Below, one piece after another: positions 1-10,524 of a stretch of DNA of 64,000 bases. The notes beneath the pieces were generated by a model. It made no database searches, had not been told where the DNA came from, and saw only the letters and a list, made by a program, of their open reading frames with translations. The stretch covers positions 1,440,001 through 1,504,000 of the forward strand of contig OY761556.1 of NCBI GenBank assembly GCA_963664705.1. Direction: 5' to 3'. Position numbers and translations under genes: made by a program. Each line of letters opens with the position of its first letter. Positions within the stretch are counted from its first letter, which is position 1. The DNA comes from Acidobacteriota bacterium (GTDB lineage Bacteria; Acidobacteriota; UBA6911).

Positions 1-273
1 TGATCGAATGCCAACGTGTTGATGAATCCATGCTGATGAGCTCGATTTTAGTTCTCGAAGGATGTCCGATATTCGATGGGTGGGTTTGAGGCAAGCAAGT
101 AAGTGCACATGCTCGATGCATCCTCCAATCGTGTCCGGCAATGCCCCGATGTTGCGGAGGGTACCGCCAAGGTAGGCATGTAAGCGTGATTCCCATGCGT
201 CCTTGATCCAGGCAAGTCGTCCTTTGGTGCTGAAAACGAAATGAAAATAGAGACTTGAGTGCGTTGATGGCAT
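1..273 (-). CDS. IS200/IS605-family TnpA-like HUH (Y1) transposase, probably REP-associated tyrosine transposase (RAYT); 3' part beyond window edge
   Basis: Manual translation of the minus strand from ATG at 273: MPSTHSSLYFHFVFSTKGR...HAYLGG...IGGCIEHVHLL...ILRELKSSSSAWI, open to position 1. HxVFSTK and HUH (HVH) motifs of Y1 transposases; GGAGG RBS upstream; REP palindromes 55-150 bp upstream. Confidence 0.88.
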   Translation of the reverse strand, partial: MPSTHSSLYFHFVFSTKGRLAWIKDAWESRLHAYLGGTLRNIGALPDTIGGCIEHVHLLACLKPTHRISDILRELKSSSSAWIHQHVGIRS

Positions 274-327
274 ATTCGTTCCTCCACCTACCTAATGAGG
301 AACCTTGGGAAAGTGCCAACAATTTCT

Positions 328-419
328 GTCGCCCCGCTGGGGCTTGTTTCCGAATCAACCTAATCCGGGGGTTCGCTTCGCTCACCCCCGGCTACGTTCT
401 GAACACCCCTCCGGGGTTG
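328..419. repeat. REP-like palindrome cluster (GTAG-type REP at 365-395 on minus strand plus accessory GCCCC/GGGGC hairpins)
   Basis: Minus strand reads GTAG-CCGGGGGTGAGCGAAGCGAACCCCCGG; a near-identical block occurs at 18397-18487. Confidence 0.8.
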
Positions 420-443
420 ATGGACAGGTTTGGCGTGCCTTGC

Positions 444-572
444 GGGTCATTGCGGCGACGATGCGTGATATTGGCACACGTTTGCCGGGTCATTGCGGGG
501 GCGATGCGTGATATTGGCACACGTTTGCCGGATCATTGCGGGGGCGATGCGTGATATTGGCACACGGTTGCG
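444..572. repeat. 3 x 43-bp tandem direct repeat
   Basis: Unit GG(G/A)TCATTGCGG(C/G)G(A/G)CGATGCGTGATATTGGCACACG(T/G)TTGC(C/G) starts at 444, 487 and 530, with no spacers. Confidence 0.9.
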
Positions 573-686
573 AATTGCTTCGGGCTTGGTTTACCAGCGA
601 ACCTCATTTCCGGGGCGCGGCCAGGACTTGGCTGTATTGCGCCTCCGGCGGTGTCTGAGCTTTCCCCCCCCGGCGCTCCCAGTGGG

Positions 687-2525
687 TTATTTGTCCATGC
701 ACTGGATGGCGTTATACCTGCAAACGTTATAGTCCGCCTGCTTCCCGGCATAGCAGGTGGCAATACATCGATCCCGCGCTCCGCCCATTGTTTTCATCCG
801 ACCTTCGTTGGAGGGTGACAGGTTCTTCCAGCACAAACTAATGCACGGTCCTACGCCCGAATCCGCATTGCTCAGGCAGGACAGATACGAGGAACTGCAG
901 GCGCCATTGTTCCCCGCGGGGCGCGAGGAAACCCCAAGACGCTGCCGGCCGGTTTCCGCGGGCGAGGCCGCACCGCTGCTGGAATCGAACTCGAACGGCT
1001 TCGGATCCGGATTGCGACTGGGCGGCGCGTGCGAAACATCGAGTCTCGTAGCGAATGGGAAAGCGGCGAACTGCTTGTCCGAAAGGCGCGGCCGAACCAA
1101 TGCGCCGGATGCAGCCGTCTGGTGCGTCCAGACCAGCACCTCCAGTTCGGCTGCCCAGGCTCTCTGGGCCAGTTCGACGGGGTCGAACAGCAGGTTGCTG
1201 CGCACCGCGCCCTTTGCGGCGCACAGCTCTTTAAGGGCCAGGGTGAACTGCATCAGATCCAATAGCCGCGCAGATTCGCTCGGAGCAAACGTCCGCATCT
1301 TTTTGTTTTTGTCAAATTTCTCGATGCTCGTCAGCAGTTTCCGCAGGTCGTCCGCCTGCGTCCTGGCGGCATTGTAGCGGGCCTCCGCATTCGGATATCG
1401 ATTATCCGCCGATGCCTTGCCGCGTCCATCGAGATCCCCGGCATAAGTCCACCCATCGGTCAATTCGACGGCGAGCGGGTCCATCGCCTCCGCTTTGTCC
1501 GCGTTTTCGCCCGGCGGGACTTCCAATTCCAGCCGGACCGATTTCATGGGATATCCCTTGTAGGCATTGTCCTTTGCCACGTCGAGGGGACGAACGCTGT
1601 CGTCGTATTCGACGGAAAGCTCCCGGCCATTGGTCCAGACGATGCCGATAATGCGGTTCAGGAGGTCTCTTTTTACTTTGATGTTTTCCGTGAAGTACGC
1701 CTCCAGGCGCGTCAGGGGATAGCCGTGCGGAAAGTACCGGACAAAATATCCTTCGGGATGATAGGACCAGCGGCCTGACGGGATAGCGCGGTCATCCTTG
1801 CCAGGAAGCGGTTCGCCGGCGAGGACTGCCATGCGTTCCAGTTCATCGTAGCGGAGATTGCGGCGCACCCCGTCGCGGATCATCCGTTCCGCCTCGAAGA
1901 CTTGTCGCGTCTGCGGCGGCAGTTTCCCGAGGGCCTTGCCAAGAACATCCTGGGATACTTCCTGGAAGGCGCTTCCTTCGAGCCGGTCGATTTCATCGGC
2001 CTGCAGGAGATTCCGCGCGTTGGCTTTCATCGGCGGATTCATCTGGCTGGGCTTGGTTCGCGCGAGAACAGCCCAAACCAGCGCCTGGACATCCTGCTGC
2101 GGAATTTTGGGGTGGTTAACGGAGCGCTCCAGGATGTTGCGGATCACCTCCGCATCCCCCCCTTTCAGGGGAGCGTACAGATATCCTTTGCCGTGGCTCG
2201 GTGAGTGCGTCCCCGCGTGGTAGCAGTAGCTTTGCGCCAGGAGCATGTAATCGCCGCCGGCCCCCGGAATCATGAAGCCGTTGTTGGGTCCGTAAGGCAA
2301 TTGGGAAAGCGGCGTGAAGGCCGAGGGCTGAAAATCGTCGAGAAAGGGGATCTCGGTGACCGCGTCCGTCAGACTCGTCGTGAGCGGGGATTCCTTTTCA
2401 AACAGATTAGCCGGTATCGGAAGCTTGGGGATTTTGATCGGGAATTGGGCGAAAGCCAGGGCGGCGAAAGCGACGGCTGCAACTGTCATGATGAATGGTT
2501 TTCGGAATCGATCCCGGATGCGCAT
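687..2525 (-). CDS. Secreted hypothetical protein with Cys-rich C-terminus
   Basis: 612-aa ORF, signal-peptide-like N-terminus (…AALAFAQ), 8 Cys in the last ~70 aa. Confidence 0.75.
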   Translation of the reverse strand: MRIRDRFRKPFIMTVAAVAFAALAFAQFPIKIPKLPIPANLFEKESPLTTSLTDAVTEIPFLDDFQPSAFTPLSQLPYGPNNGFMIPGAGGDYMLLAQSYCYHAGTHSPSHGKGYLYAPLKGGDAEVIRNILERSVNHPKIPQQDVQALVWAVLARTKPSQMNPPMKANARNLLQADEIDRLEGSAFQEVSQDVLGKALGKLPPQTRQVFEAERMIRDGVRRNLRYDELERMAVLAGEPLPGKDDRAIPSGRWSYHPEGYFVRYFPHGYPLTRLEAYFTENIKVKRDLLNRIIGIVWTNGRELSVEYDDSVRPLDVAKDNAYKGYPMKSVRLELEVPPGENADKAEAMDPLAVELTDGWTYAGDLDGRGKASADNRYPNAEARYNAARTQADDLRKLLTSIEKFDKNKKMRTFAPSESARLLDLMQFTLALKELCAAKGAVRSNLLFDPVELAQRAWAAELEVLVWTHQTAASGALVRPRLSDKQFAAFPFATRLDVSHAPPSRNPDPKPFEFDSSSGAASPAETGRQRLGVSSRPAGNNGACSSSYLSCLSNADSGVGPCISLCWKNLSPSNEGRMKTMGGARDRCIATCYAGKQADYNVCRYNAIQCMDK

Positions 2526-2588
2526 GCGTGTCCTCCGCGGTTTTGAAACGGTTAATTAGATCATTGGTTTTTCGCAATGCAAAGAAGA

Positions 2589-2813
2589 AACGTTGGAACG
2601 TTGAACGTTGAAACGTTGAACGTTACGAGGCCGCGGTTTGTCCGTAAGGGCAGGTTTTTGCGTAATGATTGCGAGCGTATGACTTCCGGTCGCTTTGTCC
2701 CCAACCTTCAACGTTCCCACGTGCAACGTCCAACGGTTCCAACGTCCAACGTTCCCTCGTCCAACGTGCAACGTTTCAACGTCCAACGTCCCAACGTGCA
2801 ACGTTTCAACGTG
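2589..2813. repeat. Inverted pair of ACGT-core heptamer arrays (ACGTTG(G) 2589-2624; (C)CAACGT 2709-2813)
   Basis: Degenerate 7-8-nt tandem units in opposite orientations around an ~84-bp spacer, between divergent genes. Confidence 0.9.
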
Positions 2814-2866
2814 CTATACTTCCTTTAGAGATATCCCCCCCCCCAAAAAAAAGGATATTCCGTAGC

Positions 2867-4159
2867 ATGCCCGATAAACGCGTCAGGGCCGGTAGGATAG
2901 TGCTTATCGTTCTGCTTTTGTTGGGGGGAGGGGCAGGCTATGTCTGGCTGCGCTGGGGCCATATCTCCGGCCACGCTGCTCCCACCGGTACTTCAGCAAA
3001 TTCCAAACCCAAGGAGAATGCGGTGCGTCCGACTCCGGTGGTCGCCACGCGCGTGCGCCGGGGAAATATCGGCGTCTATAAAACCGGTCTCGGTGCCGTG
3101 ACCCCCATCTTCACCGTAACGGTCAAGAGCCGGGTCGACGGCCAATTGATGCAGATCCATTACCAGGAAGGAGACTATGTCCACCAGGGGGATCTGCTGG
3201 CCGAGATCGATCCGCGTCCTTTCCAGGTTGCTCTGGAGCAGGCGCAGGGGCAGCTGGCGCGTGATACCGCACTGCTGCACAATGCGCGCGTCGATGAGGC
3301 GCGCTACGAAGGGTTGTTGAAGCAGAATGCCGTTCCGGAGCAGCAGGTTTCCACCCAGCAGTCGCTGGTCGCGCAGTATGAAGGGGTTGTGGGGGCCGAC
3401 CAGGGGCAGATCGACAGTGCCAAACTCAACCTGGACTACTGCCGGATCACGGCTCCCATCACGGGGCGCGTGGGGCTGCGCCTGGTGGATCCCGGGAATA
3501 TCGTCCACGCCGGCGATGCCGGCGGGTTGGTGGTGATCACGCAGATCCAGCCGATCAGTGTCATCTTCACGCTTTCGGAGGACGATCTTCCGGCCGTGAT
3601 GCAGAAGAATCTGGCGGGCCAGGCGTTGCAGGCCGAAGCATGGGATCGCGATTTCAAGCGCAAGCTCGCCACCGGGGTTTTGAAAACGGTGGACAATGAA
3701 ATCGATCCGAGCACCGGCACCGTCAAGATGCGCGCCGATTTCGATAACCGGGACTCCGCACTGTTTCCCAACCAGTTTGTCAACGTGCGCCTGCTGATCG
3801 AGGAGAAGCGCAGCGTGAATCTGCTCACCAGCGCGGCGGTGCAGATGTCGGCCAATTCAAATTTTGTATATCTGGTCAAACCGGATTCGACGGTCACAGT
3901 GCGGCCGATTGCGCAGGGGGCTGTCGAGGGAGACGATACGGAAGTTACGTCAGGGCTGAGCCCGGGGGACACGGTGGTGATCACGGGCATCGACAAGCTT
4001 GTGGAGGGGAGCAAAGTCCAGGCTCAGATCGCGGAAGAGAATCATGAAGACGCCCCCGGCGCGCGCACACTGCCGCTGAACCGAAATCCCCGGAAACCGG
4101 CGCGGCCGGTGGGCGGAGGGCACGCCTGGGGCGGCAGCAGTGGGGGAGGGATGCGGTGA
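2867..4159 (+). CDS. mdtA: RND efflux periplasmic adaptor (MdtA/MuxA family)
   Basis: N-terminal [42 protein letters not shown]. Start set at ATG 2867 because the upstream extension is repeat-derived. Confidence 0.9.
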   Translation: MPDKRVRAGRIVLIVLLLLGGGAGYVWLRWGHISGHAAPTGTSANSKPKENAVRPTPVVATRVRRGNIGVYKTGLGAVTPIFTVTVKSRVDGQLMQIHYQEGDYVHQGDLLAEIDPRPFQVALEQAQGQLARDTALLHNARVDEARYEGLLKQNAVPEQQVSTQQSLVAQYEGVVGADQGQIDSAKLNLDYCRITAPITGRVGLRLVDPGNIVHAGDAGGLVVITQIQPISVIFTLSEDDLPAVMQKNLAGQALQAEAWDRDFKRKLATGVLKTVDNEIDPSTGTVKMRADFDNRDSALFPNQFVNVRLLIEEKRSVNLLTSAAVQMSANSNFVYLVKPDSTVTVRPIAQGAVEGDDTEVTSGLSPGDTVVITGIDKLVEGSKVQAQIAEENHEDAPGARTLPLNRNPRKPARPVGGGHAWGGSSGGGMR

Positions 4160-7100
4160 GTCCGTCCCGCACGTTCATCCTGCGCCCGGTTGCGACGTCC
4201 CTGCTTATGCTCGGCATTCTGCTGGCCGGAGGCGTGGCTTATCAGCAGCTGGCCGTTTCGGCGCTTCCCGAAGTGGACTATCCGACCATCCAGGTCGTCA
4301 CGTTTTATCCGGGCGCGAGCCCGGAGGTGATGGCATCGTCGGTGACGGCGCCGCTCGAGCGGCAGTTCGGCCAGGTGCCCGGGCTGCAGCAGATGACCTC
4401 GACCAGTTCCGACGGCAGCTCCGTGATCACGCTGCAGTTCAGCCTGAGTTTGAACATCGACGTGGCGGAACAGGAAGTGCAGCAGTCGATCAACGCGTCC
4501 GGTACATTTCTCCCGGCCGACTTGCCAAACCCGCCGATTTACAGCAAGGTCAACCCGGCGGATGCCCCAATCCTGACCCTCGCCCTTACTTCAAAAACGA
4601 TGCCGCTGTCGAAAGTCGAGGATCTTGCCGACACGCGCCTCGCTCCCAAAATTTCACAGTTGTCCGGCGTAGGATCGGTTTTGATCAGCGGCGGACAGAA
4701 GCCTGCCGTGCGCATCCAGGCCAATCCGACGCTGCTGGCGTCCTACGGCCTCAATATGGAGGACTTGCGAGCGTCCATCGTGGCGGCGAATGTGAACCAG
4801 GCGAAGGGCAATTTTGACGGGCTGCACCGGGCATTTCAGATCGGTGCCAATGATCAGCTGCTGTCTTCGGAGGATTATGCGCGGCATATCGTGGCCTATC
4901 GCAACGGGGCGCCGGTGAAGCTGACCGATGTTGCGGTGGTGAAAGATGATGTCGAGAATATCCGGCAGGCGGCCTGGATGAATGACGTGCCCGCGGTCAT
5001 CGTGAACATCCAGCGGCAGCCGAATGCGAACATCATTACCGTGGTGGATCGGGTAAAAGGGTTGCTGCCGCAGCTCACGAACACGCTGCCCAAATCGGTG
5101 CAGGTGAGCATCCTGACCGACCGCACCACGACGATCCGCGCCTCGGTCGAAGACGTACAATTCGAACTGCTGCTGACCATTGCCCTGGTTGTGATGGTGA
5201 TTTTTCTGTTCCTGCGCAACCTGGCCGCGACGGTGATTCCGAGCATCGCGGTGCCGTTGTCGCTGGTCGGGACTTTCGGCGTGATGTACCTGCTCGGGTA
5301 CAGCCTCAACAATCTCACCCTGATGGCGCTGACGATTTCAACCGGCTTCGTTGTGGACGATGCGATTGTCATGATTGAAAACATCAGCCGCTACATCGAA
5401 GAAGGAATGAGCCCGCTTCAGGCGGCGCTGAAGGGATCGGAGCAGATTGGCTTCACCATCATTTCGCTGACCATCTCGCTGATCGCGGTCCTGATCCCGC
5501 TGCTATTCATGGGGGACATTGTCGGCCGCCTGTTCCGGGAATTTGCCGTGACGCTTGCGGTGACCATCCTGGTGTCGGCGATGGTGTCGCTCACCCTGAC
5601 GCCGATGATGTGCGCGCGGCTCATGGGCGGGAAGGGCCGGAAACCCGGGGGCTTCTACCTGGCGTCCGAGCGCGTCTTCGATGCGATCATCGCTTTTTAC
5701 GGGCGCACCCTGCGGTTCGTTCTGCGCTTCAGAACCGCGACGCTGCTGGTTGCCGCGGGCACACTCGCGTTGACGGTCTTTCAGTTTGTCCACATTCCCA
5801 AGGGATTCTTTCCAATCCAGGATACCGGCATCATCCAGGGCGTTTCGGAGGCAGCGGAATCCATTTCCTTCCAGGATATGTCCAAACTGCAGCAATCTTT
5901 GACCGAGGTGATCCTGAAGGATCCGGCCGTGCAGAATCTGTCCTCGTTTATCGGGATCGATGGAACGAATACGACGCTCAACAGCGGACGCATCCTGATC
6001 AACCTGAAGCCGCTCGATCAGCGGCGGATCAGTGCGAGCGACGTTATCCGTCGCCTTCAGCCGAAACTGGCCGTGATTGCCGGCATCACGCTTTTTATGC
6101 AGCCCGTGCAGGATATCACGGTGGAGGACCGGGTCAGCCGCACGCAGTTTCAGTACACGCTGGAGGATCCGAATACGGAGGAGCTGAATATCTACGCGCA
6201 GCGCATGGTGGATAAAATGAAGCAGCTGCCGGAGCTTCGCGATGTTGCCAGCGACCGCCAGGTGCAGGGGATGCGGGCGCGCGTGGTGGTGGATCGGGCT
6301 ACGGCCGCGCGGTTCGGCATCACGGCAGCGGCCATTGATCAGACCCTGTATGACGCATTCGGTCAACGCGAAGTTTCGGTGATGTTCACGCAGTTGAATC
6401 AGTACCACGTTATCCTGGAGCTGGTCCCGGATTACCGCAAAAATCCGCTCGACCTCCGGAACCTGTTCATCAGATCGGCCGCGGGTGCTGCGGGAGGGGC
6501 TGGCGTGGTGTCAGGCGGGTCCGCAACGGCGAATGTTGGGCGCGGGCCGGTCAGTTCGAGCCCGGCGTCCGCGTCGACCGGTTCCGCGGCTGGCATCATC
6601 GGAGCCCCGATTGCGTCCAGCAGCGTGTTTGCCGGCAGCGGACAGGTGCCGCTCGATGCTTTCTCCCGCGTGGAGCTGGCTCCGGTTCCGATTACCATCA
6701 ACCACCAGGGGCAGTTTCCTGTGGTCACCCTGTCCTTCAACCTAGCTCCGGACGCATCGCTTGGGAATGCGGTGGAGGCCATCAACCGGGCAAAGGCGGA
6801 AATCGGGCTGCCGGTGAGTATTCAGGCGGCCTTTCAGGGCTCGGCGCAGGCGTTCCAGAATTCGCTCGCCAATGAACCCCTGCTGATCCTGGCGGCGCTG
6901 ATCACGGTCTACATTGTGCTGGGCGTGCTGTACGAGAGCTACATTCACCCGGTGACGATTCTATCGACGCTCCCCTCGGCGGGAGTCGGCGCGCTGCTGG
7001 CGCTGAATCTCTGCCGGCAGGATTTCAGCGTGATTGCGCTGATCGGGCTGGTGCTGCTGATCGGGATCGTAAAAAAGAACGGCATCATGATGATCGATTT

Positions 7101-7422
7101 CGCGCTGGATGCGGAGCGCAAGGAAGGGCGGGCGCCCGCAGACGCCATCTACCAGGCCTGCCTGCTGCGTTTTCGTCCGATCATGATGACGACAATGGCC
7201 GCGCTGCTGGGCGCAGTCCCGCTGGCCTTCGGCGCCGGAACCGGATCGGAGCTGCGACGGCCCCTGGGTATCACGATGATCGGCGGGCTGCTGCTGAGCC
7301 AGTTGCTGACGCTGTACACCACCCCCGTAATTTATCTCTGGTTCGACCGTCTGGCCGGGAGGTTCTCCCGAAAGCATGAAGGGGAGTTCCATCCGGATAC
7401 CGGGCCGATCCCGGCCTCGTAA
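4156..7422 (+). CDS. mdtB: RND efflux transporter permease (MdtB/MuxB)
   Basis: [42 protein letters not shown]; first of two tandem RND subunits. Confidence 0.93.
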   Translation: MSPSRTFILRPVATSLLMLGILLAGGVAYQQLAVSALPEVDYPTIQVVTFYPGASPEVMASSVTAPLERQFGQVPGLQQMTSTSSDGSSVITLQFSLSLNIDVAEQEVQQSINASGTFLPADLPNPPIYSKVNPADAPILTLALTSKTMPLSKVEDLADTRLAPKISQLSGVGSVLISGGQKPAVRIQANPTLLASYGLNMEDLRASIVAANVNQAKGNFDGLHRAFQIGANDQLLSSEDYARHIVAYRNGAPVKLTDVAVVKDDVENIRQAAWMNDVPAVIVNIQRQPNANIITVVDRVKGLLPQLTNTLPKSVQVSILTDRTTTIRASVEDVQFELLLTIALVVMVIFLFLRNLAATVIPSIAVPLSLVGTFGVMYLLGYSLNNLTLMALTISTGFVVDDAIVMIENISRYIEEGMSPLQAALKGSEQIGFTIISLTISLIAVLIPLLFMGDIVGRLFREFAVTLAVTILVSAMVSLTLTPMMCARLMGGKGRKPGGFYLASERVFDAIIAFYGRTLRFVLRFRTATLLVAAGTLALTVFQFVHIPKGFFPIQDTGIIQGVSEAAESISFQDMSKLQQSLTEVILKDPAVQNLSSFIGIDGTNTTLNSGRILINLKPLDQRRISASDVIRRLQPKLAVIAGITLFMQPVQDITVEDRVSRTQFQYTLEDPNTEELNIYAQRMVDKMKQLPELRDVASDRQVQGMRARVVVDRATAARFGITAAAIDQTLYDAFGQREVSVMFTQLNQYHVILELVPDYRKNPLDLRNLFIRSAAGAAGGAGVVSGGSATANVGRGPVSSSPASASTGSAAGIIGAPIASSSVFAGSGQVPLDAFSRVELAPVPITINHQGQFPVVTLSFNLAPDASLGNAVEAINRAKAEIGLPVSIQAAFQGSAQAFQNSLANEPLLILAALITVYIVLGVLYESYIHPVTILSTLPSAGVGALLALNLCRQDFSVIALIGLVLLIGIVKKNGIMMIDFALDAERKEGRAPADAIYQACLLRFRPIMMTTMAALLGAVPLAFGAGTGSELRRPLGITMIGGLLLSQLLTLYTTPVIYLWFDRLAGRFSRKHEGEFHPDTGPIPAS

Positions 7423-7425
7423 GCT

Positions 7426-10400
7426 ATGAACCTGTCGGAGCCATTTATCAGAAGGCCGGTCGCGACCACGCTGCTGCTGATTGCGATCATTCTCGCCGGT
7501 GCGACGGCGTTCCGGATCCTGCCGGTATCGCCGCTGCCGCAGGTCGATTTTCCGACCATTTCGGTGAATGCCGGCCTGCCGGGAGCCAGCCCGGAAACGA
7601 TGGCTTCCTCTGTCGCAACGCCGCTGGAGCGGCAGTTCGGGCGCATCGCATCGGTCAGCGAGATGACGTCGTCGAGTTCGCTGGGTTCCTGCAGCATCAC
7701 GCTGCAGTTTGACCTCAACCGGAATATCGACGCGGCTGCGCGCGATGTGCAGGCGGCCATTGCGGCGGCGCGGGGCTATCTGCCCAGCAATCTTCCGAGC
7801 AATCCGAACTATCGAAAAGTGAACCCGGCCGATTCCCCGATTCTGATTCTCGCCTTTACTTCGGACGTGCTCGACAAAAGCCGCGTTTACGATGCGGTTT
7901 CCAGCATCCTGGCGCAGAAGCTGGCGCAGATCAAAGGGGTGGGACAGGTTGCGGTCGGCGGGAGCTCTTTGCCCAGCGTGCGCGTTGAGGTGGATCCCAC
8001 GCGGCTGAACAAATACGGCATCGGGCTCGAGCAGGTGCGGCAGACGCTGGCGACCGCCAACGCCAATACGCCGAAGGGGCACCTGTCCGACGATCATCGG
8101 ATGTGGGAAGTCGGCGCGAACGATCAGATTTTCAAGGCGGTCGATTATATCCCGCTGCTGGTGGCCTATCACAACGGGTCGGCCGTGCGTCTCGGCGATG
8201 TCGCGGACGTCAAGGACTCGCTGGAGAACGTGGAGAACGCCGGGTACTGCAACGGGAAGCCTTCAGTGCTGACCATCATCTTCCGCCAGCCGGGCGCGAA
8301 CATCATCGACATCGTCGACCGGATTCGCGCGGCGCTCCCTCAACTGAAGGCGGCGATCCCGCAGTCCATCGATATGCGGATTGTGATGGATCAGACCGTT
8401 ACGATCCGCGCGTCGGTCCACGAAGTCGAGACCAGTCTGTTGATTTCGATCCTGCTGGTGATCCTGGTTGTTTTTGTTTTTCTGCGCGATTTCCGTTCCA
8501 CGTTTATCCCGAGCATCGCGGTCCCGGTGTCACTGATCGGCACTTTTGGCGTGATGTATCTATTGCATTACAGCCTCGACAACCTGTCGCTGATGGCACT
8601 GACCATTTCGACCGGGTTTGTGGTGGATGATGCGATCGTAGTGATCGAGAACATCACGCGCTACCTGGAGCAGGGGATGGAGCCGGTGCAGGCGGCGCTG
8701 CGGGGCGCGCGGGAAATCGGGCCAACGGTGCTGACTATCAGCATCTCGCTCGTGGCGGTGTTCATCCCGCTGTTGATGATGGGCGGGATCGTAGGCCGTC
8801 TGTTCCGTGAATTCGCGGTCACGCTTTCGATTGCCATCAGCGTGTCGATGGTGGTGTCGCTGACGGCGACGCCGATGATGTGCGCGCACATTCTGAAAGA
8901 GCGCAGCCGGCACGGGTGGATTTATCGCGTCAGCGAAGGATTCTTCAATGGAATGGTCGCCGTCTATGGGCGGGCGCTCAGGATCGTGCTGCGGCATAGC
9001 TTTGTGACGCTGATGGCCCTGCTGGCAACGATCGGGCTGAACGTGTATCTCTTCGTGCGTGTTCCGAAAGGGTTTTTCCCGCAGCAGGACAACGGTCGCA
9101 TGATGGGGCAAATCATCGCCGACCAGGACACCTCGTTTCAGGCGATGGACCGGATTCTCCGGCAGATGATCCGGATTGTGATCGCGGATCCCGCGGTGGC
9201 CAACGTGATGGGGTTTACCGGCGGGGGGACCCTGAACCGGGCGAACCTGTTCGTAATGCTGAAGCCGATCGACGAGCGGAAGCTCAGCGCCGAGATGGTC
9301 ATTGCGCGCCTGCGTCCCCGTCTGGCAAAGGTCCCGGGCGCCTCGCTGTATTTGCAGGCGGCGCAGGATGTGCGCATTGGCGGCCGGATGAGCGCCGCGC
9401 AGTACCAGTTCACGATGCGCGGGGACAACGTGCAGGATCTTATTCGGTACGCCCCGGCGATGTATCAGCAGTTGAGGACGGTGCCGATCATCACCGACGT
9501 CAACAGCGACCAGCAGAACAAGGGTCTGCAGGCGGCCGTGACGTATGACCGCGCGACGGCCGCGCGATTCAATATTTCGCCGCAGTTGATCGACGACACG
9601 CTTTACGATGCGTTTGGCCAGCGGCCGGTGTCGGTGATGTATACCGCGCTGAACCAGTATCACGTGGTGATGGTGGTGCAGCCACAGTACTGGCAGAATC
9701 CGCAGTTCCTGGACCTGATCTATGTGCGGGCGCCGAACGGACAGCAGATCCCGCTCGGTACTTTTGCCAAATTTGCGCCGGCCGTGGCGCCGCTCTCGGT
9801 CAATCACCAGGGGCTGTTTCCCGCCGTCACGATTTCGTTCAACCTCCAGCCGGGAGTCGCGCTGGGGGATGCCGTCAGCGCGATTACCAGGGTGGCACAG
9901 CGGGTCGGCTTGCCGCCGACCATTCAAACCATGTTCGCCGGAACGGCGCAGGCTTACCAGGATTCGCTGGGGAGCGAGCCGGTCCTGATCCTCGCGGCGC
10001 TGCTGACCGTTTATCTCGTGCTTGGAATCCTGTACGAAAGCTACATCCATCCGATCACGATTCTCTCGACCTTGCCCTCGGCCGGTGTGGGGGCGCTGCT
10101 CGCACTCATGCTGACCGGCACGGAACTCAGCGTCATTGCCATCATCGGGGTGATCCTGCTGATCGGGCTGGTGAAGAAAAACGCCATCATGATGATCGAT
10201 TTTGCGATCGCGGCCGAGCGCGAAGAGGGCAGAGATTCGGAAGCTTCCATCTTCGAGGCCAGCCTGCTGCGATTCCGCCCGATCATGATGACGACGATGG
10301 CGGCCATGCTGGGCGCCGTGCCGCTGGCGGTCATGTCCGGCACGGGGAGCGAGCTGCGGCGGCCGCTCGGCATCACGATTATCGGAGGTCTGATCGTGAA

Positions 10401-10524
10401 CCAGACGCTCACGCTGTTTACGACGCCGGTGATCTATCTGTATTTCAATCGGCTCCAGCACTGGTGGAGCCGACTGCGCGGCCTGCGGCGCGAGCCGGTG
10501 GCGCCGCTGGATTCGAAGGCATGA
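7426..10524 (+). CDS. mdtC: RND efflux transporter permease (MdtC/MuxC)
   Basis: [34 protein letters not shown]; second RND subunit. Confidence 0.92.
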   Translation: MNLSEPFIRRPVATTLLLIAIILAGATAFRILPVSPLPQVDFPTISVNAGLPGASPETMASSVATPLERQFGRIASVSEMTSSSSLGSCSITLQFDLNRNIDAAARDVQAAIAAARGYLPSNLPSNPNYRKVNPADSPILILAFTSDVLDKSRVYDAVSSILAQKLAQIKGVGQVAVGGSSLPSVRVEVDPTRLNKYGIGLEQVRQTLATANANTPKGHLSDDHRMWEVGANDQIFKAVDYIPLLVAYHNGSAVRLGDVADVKDSLENVENAGYCNGKPSVLTIIFRQPGANIIDIVDRIRAALPQLKAAIPQSIDMRIVMDQTVTIRASVHEVETSLLISILLVILVVFVFLRDFRSTFIPSIAVPVSLIGTFGVMYLLHYSLDNLSLMALTISTGFVVDDAIVVIENITRYLEQGMEPVQAALRGAREIGPTVLTISISLVAVFIPLLMMGGIVGRLFREFAVTLSIAISVSMVVSLTATPMMCAHILKERSRHGWIYRVSEGFFNGMVAVYGRALRIVLRHSFVTLMALLATIGLNVYLFVRVPKGFFPQQDNGRMMGQIIADQDTSFQAMDRILRQMIRIVIADPAVANVMGFTGGGTLNRANLFVMLKPIDERKLSAEMVIARLRPRLAKVPGASLYLQAAQDVRIGGRMSAAQYQFTMRGDNVQDLIRYAPAMYQQLRTVPIITDVNSDQQNKGLQAAVTYDRATAARFNISPQLIDDTLYDAFGQRPVSVMYTALNQYHVVMVVQPQYWQNPQFLDLIYVRAPNGQQIPLGTFAKFAPAVAPLSVNHQGLFPAVTISFNLQPGVALGDAVSAITRVAQRVGLPPTIQTMFAGTAQAYQDSLGSEPVLILAALLTVYLVLGILYESYIHPITILSTLPSAGVGALLALMLTGTELSVIAIIGVILLIGLVKKNAIMMIDFAIAAEREEGRDSEASIFEASLLRFRPIMMTTMAAMLGAVPLAVMSGTGSELRRPLGITIIGGLIVNQTLTLFTTPVIYLYFNRLQHWWSRLRGLRREPVAPLDSKA

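Noticed and set aside
444-572. TTGGCACACGTTTGC in the 43-bp repeats as sigma-54 promoters
   Set aside because: GG-to-GC spacing is 9 nt; sigma-54 needs 10.
444-572. 43-bp repeats, and the 17.7-18.8 kb and 49.2-49.8 kb arrays, as CRISPR arrays
   Set aside because: No unique spacers between repeats, unit lengths do not fit, and no cas genes in the window.
48-763. Short ORFs 48..287, 255..554, 305..511, 493..732 and 533..763
   Set aside because: They overlap the transposase in another frame or are translations of REP and tandem repeats.
2669-2866. 66-aa N-terminal extension of MdtA
   Set aside because: It runs through the heptamer array; ATG 2867 gives a normal adaptor N-terminus.
8560-10461. 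Long antisense ORFs (also 13115..15124, 15939..17444, 46273..47694 and 61249..62619)
   Set aside because: Shadow frames opposite well-supported genes in GC-rich DNA.
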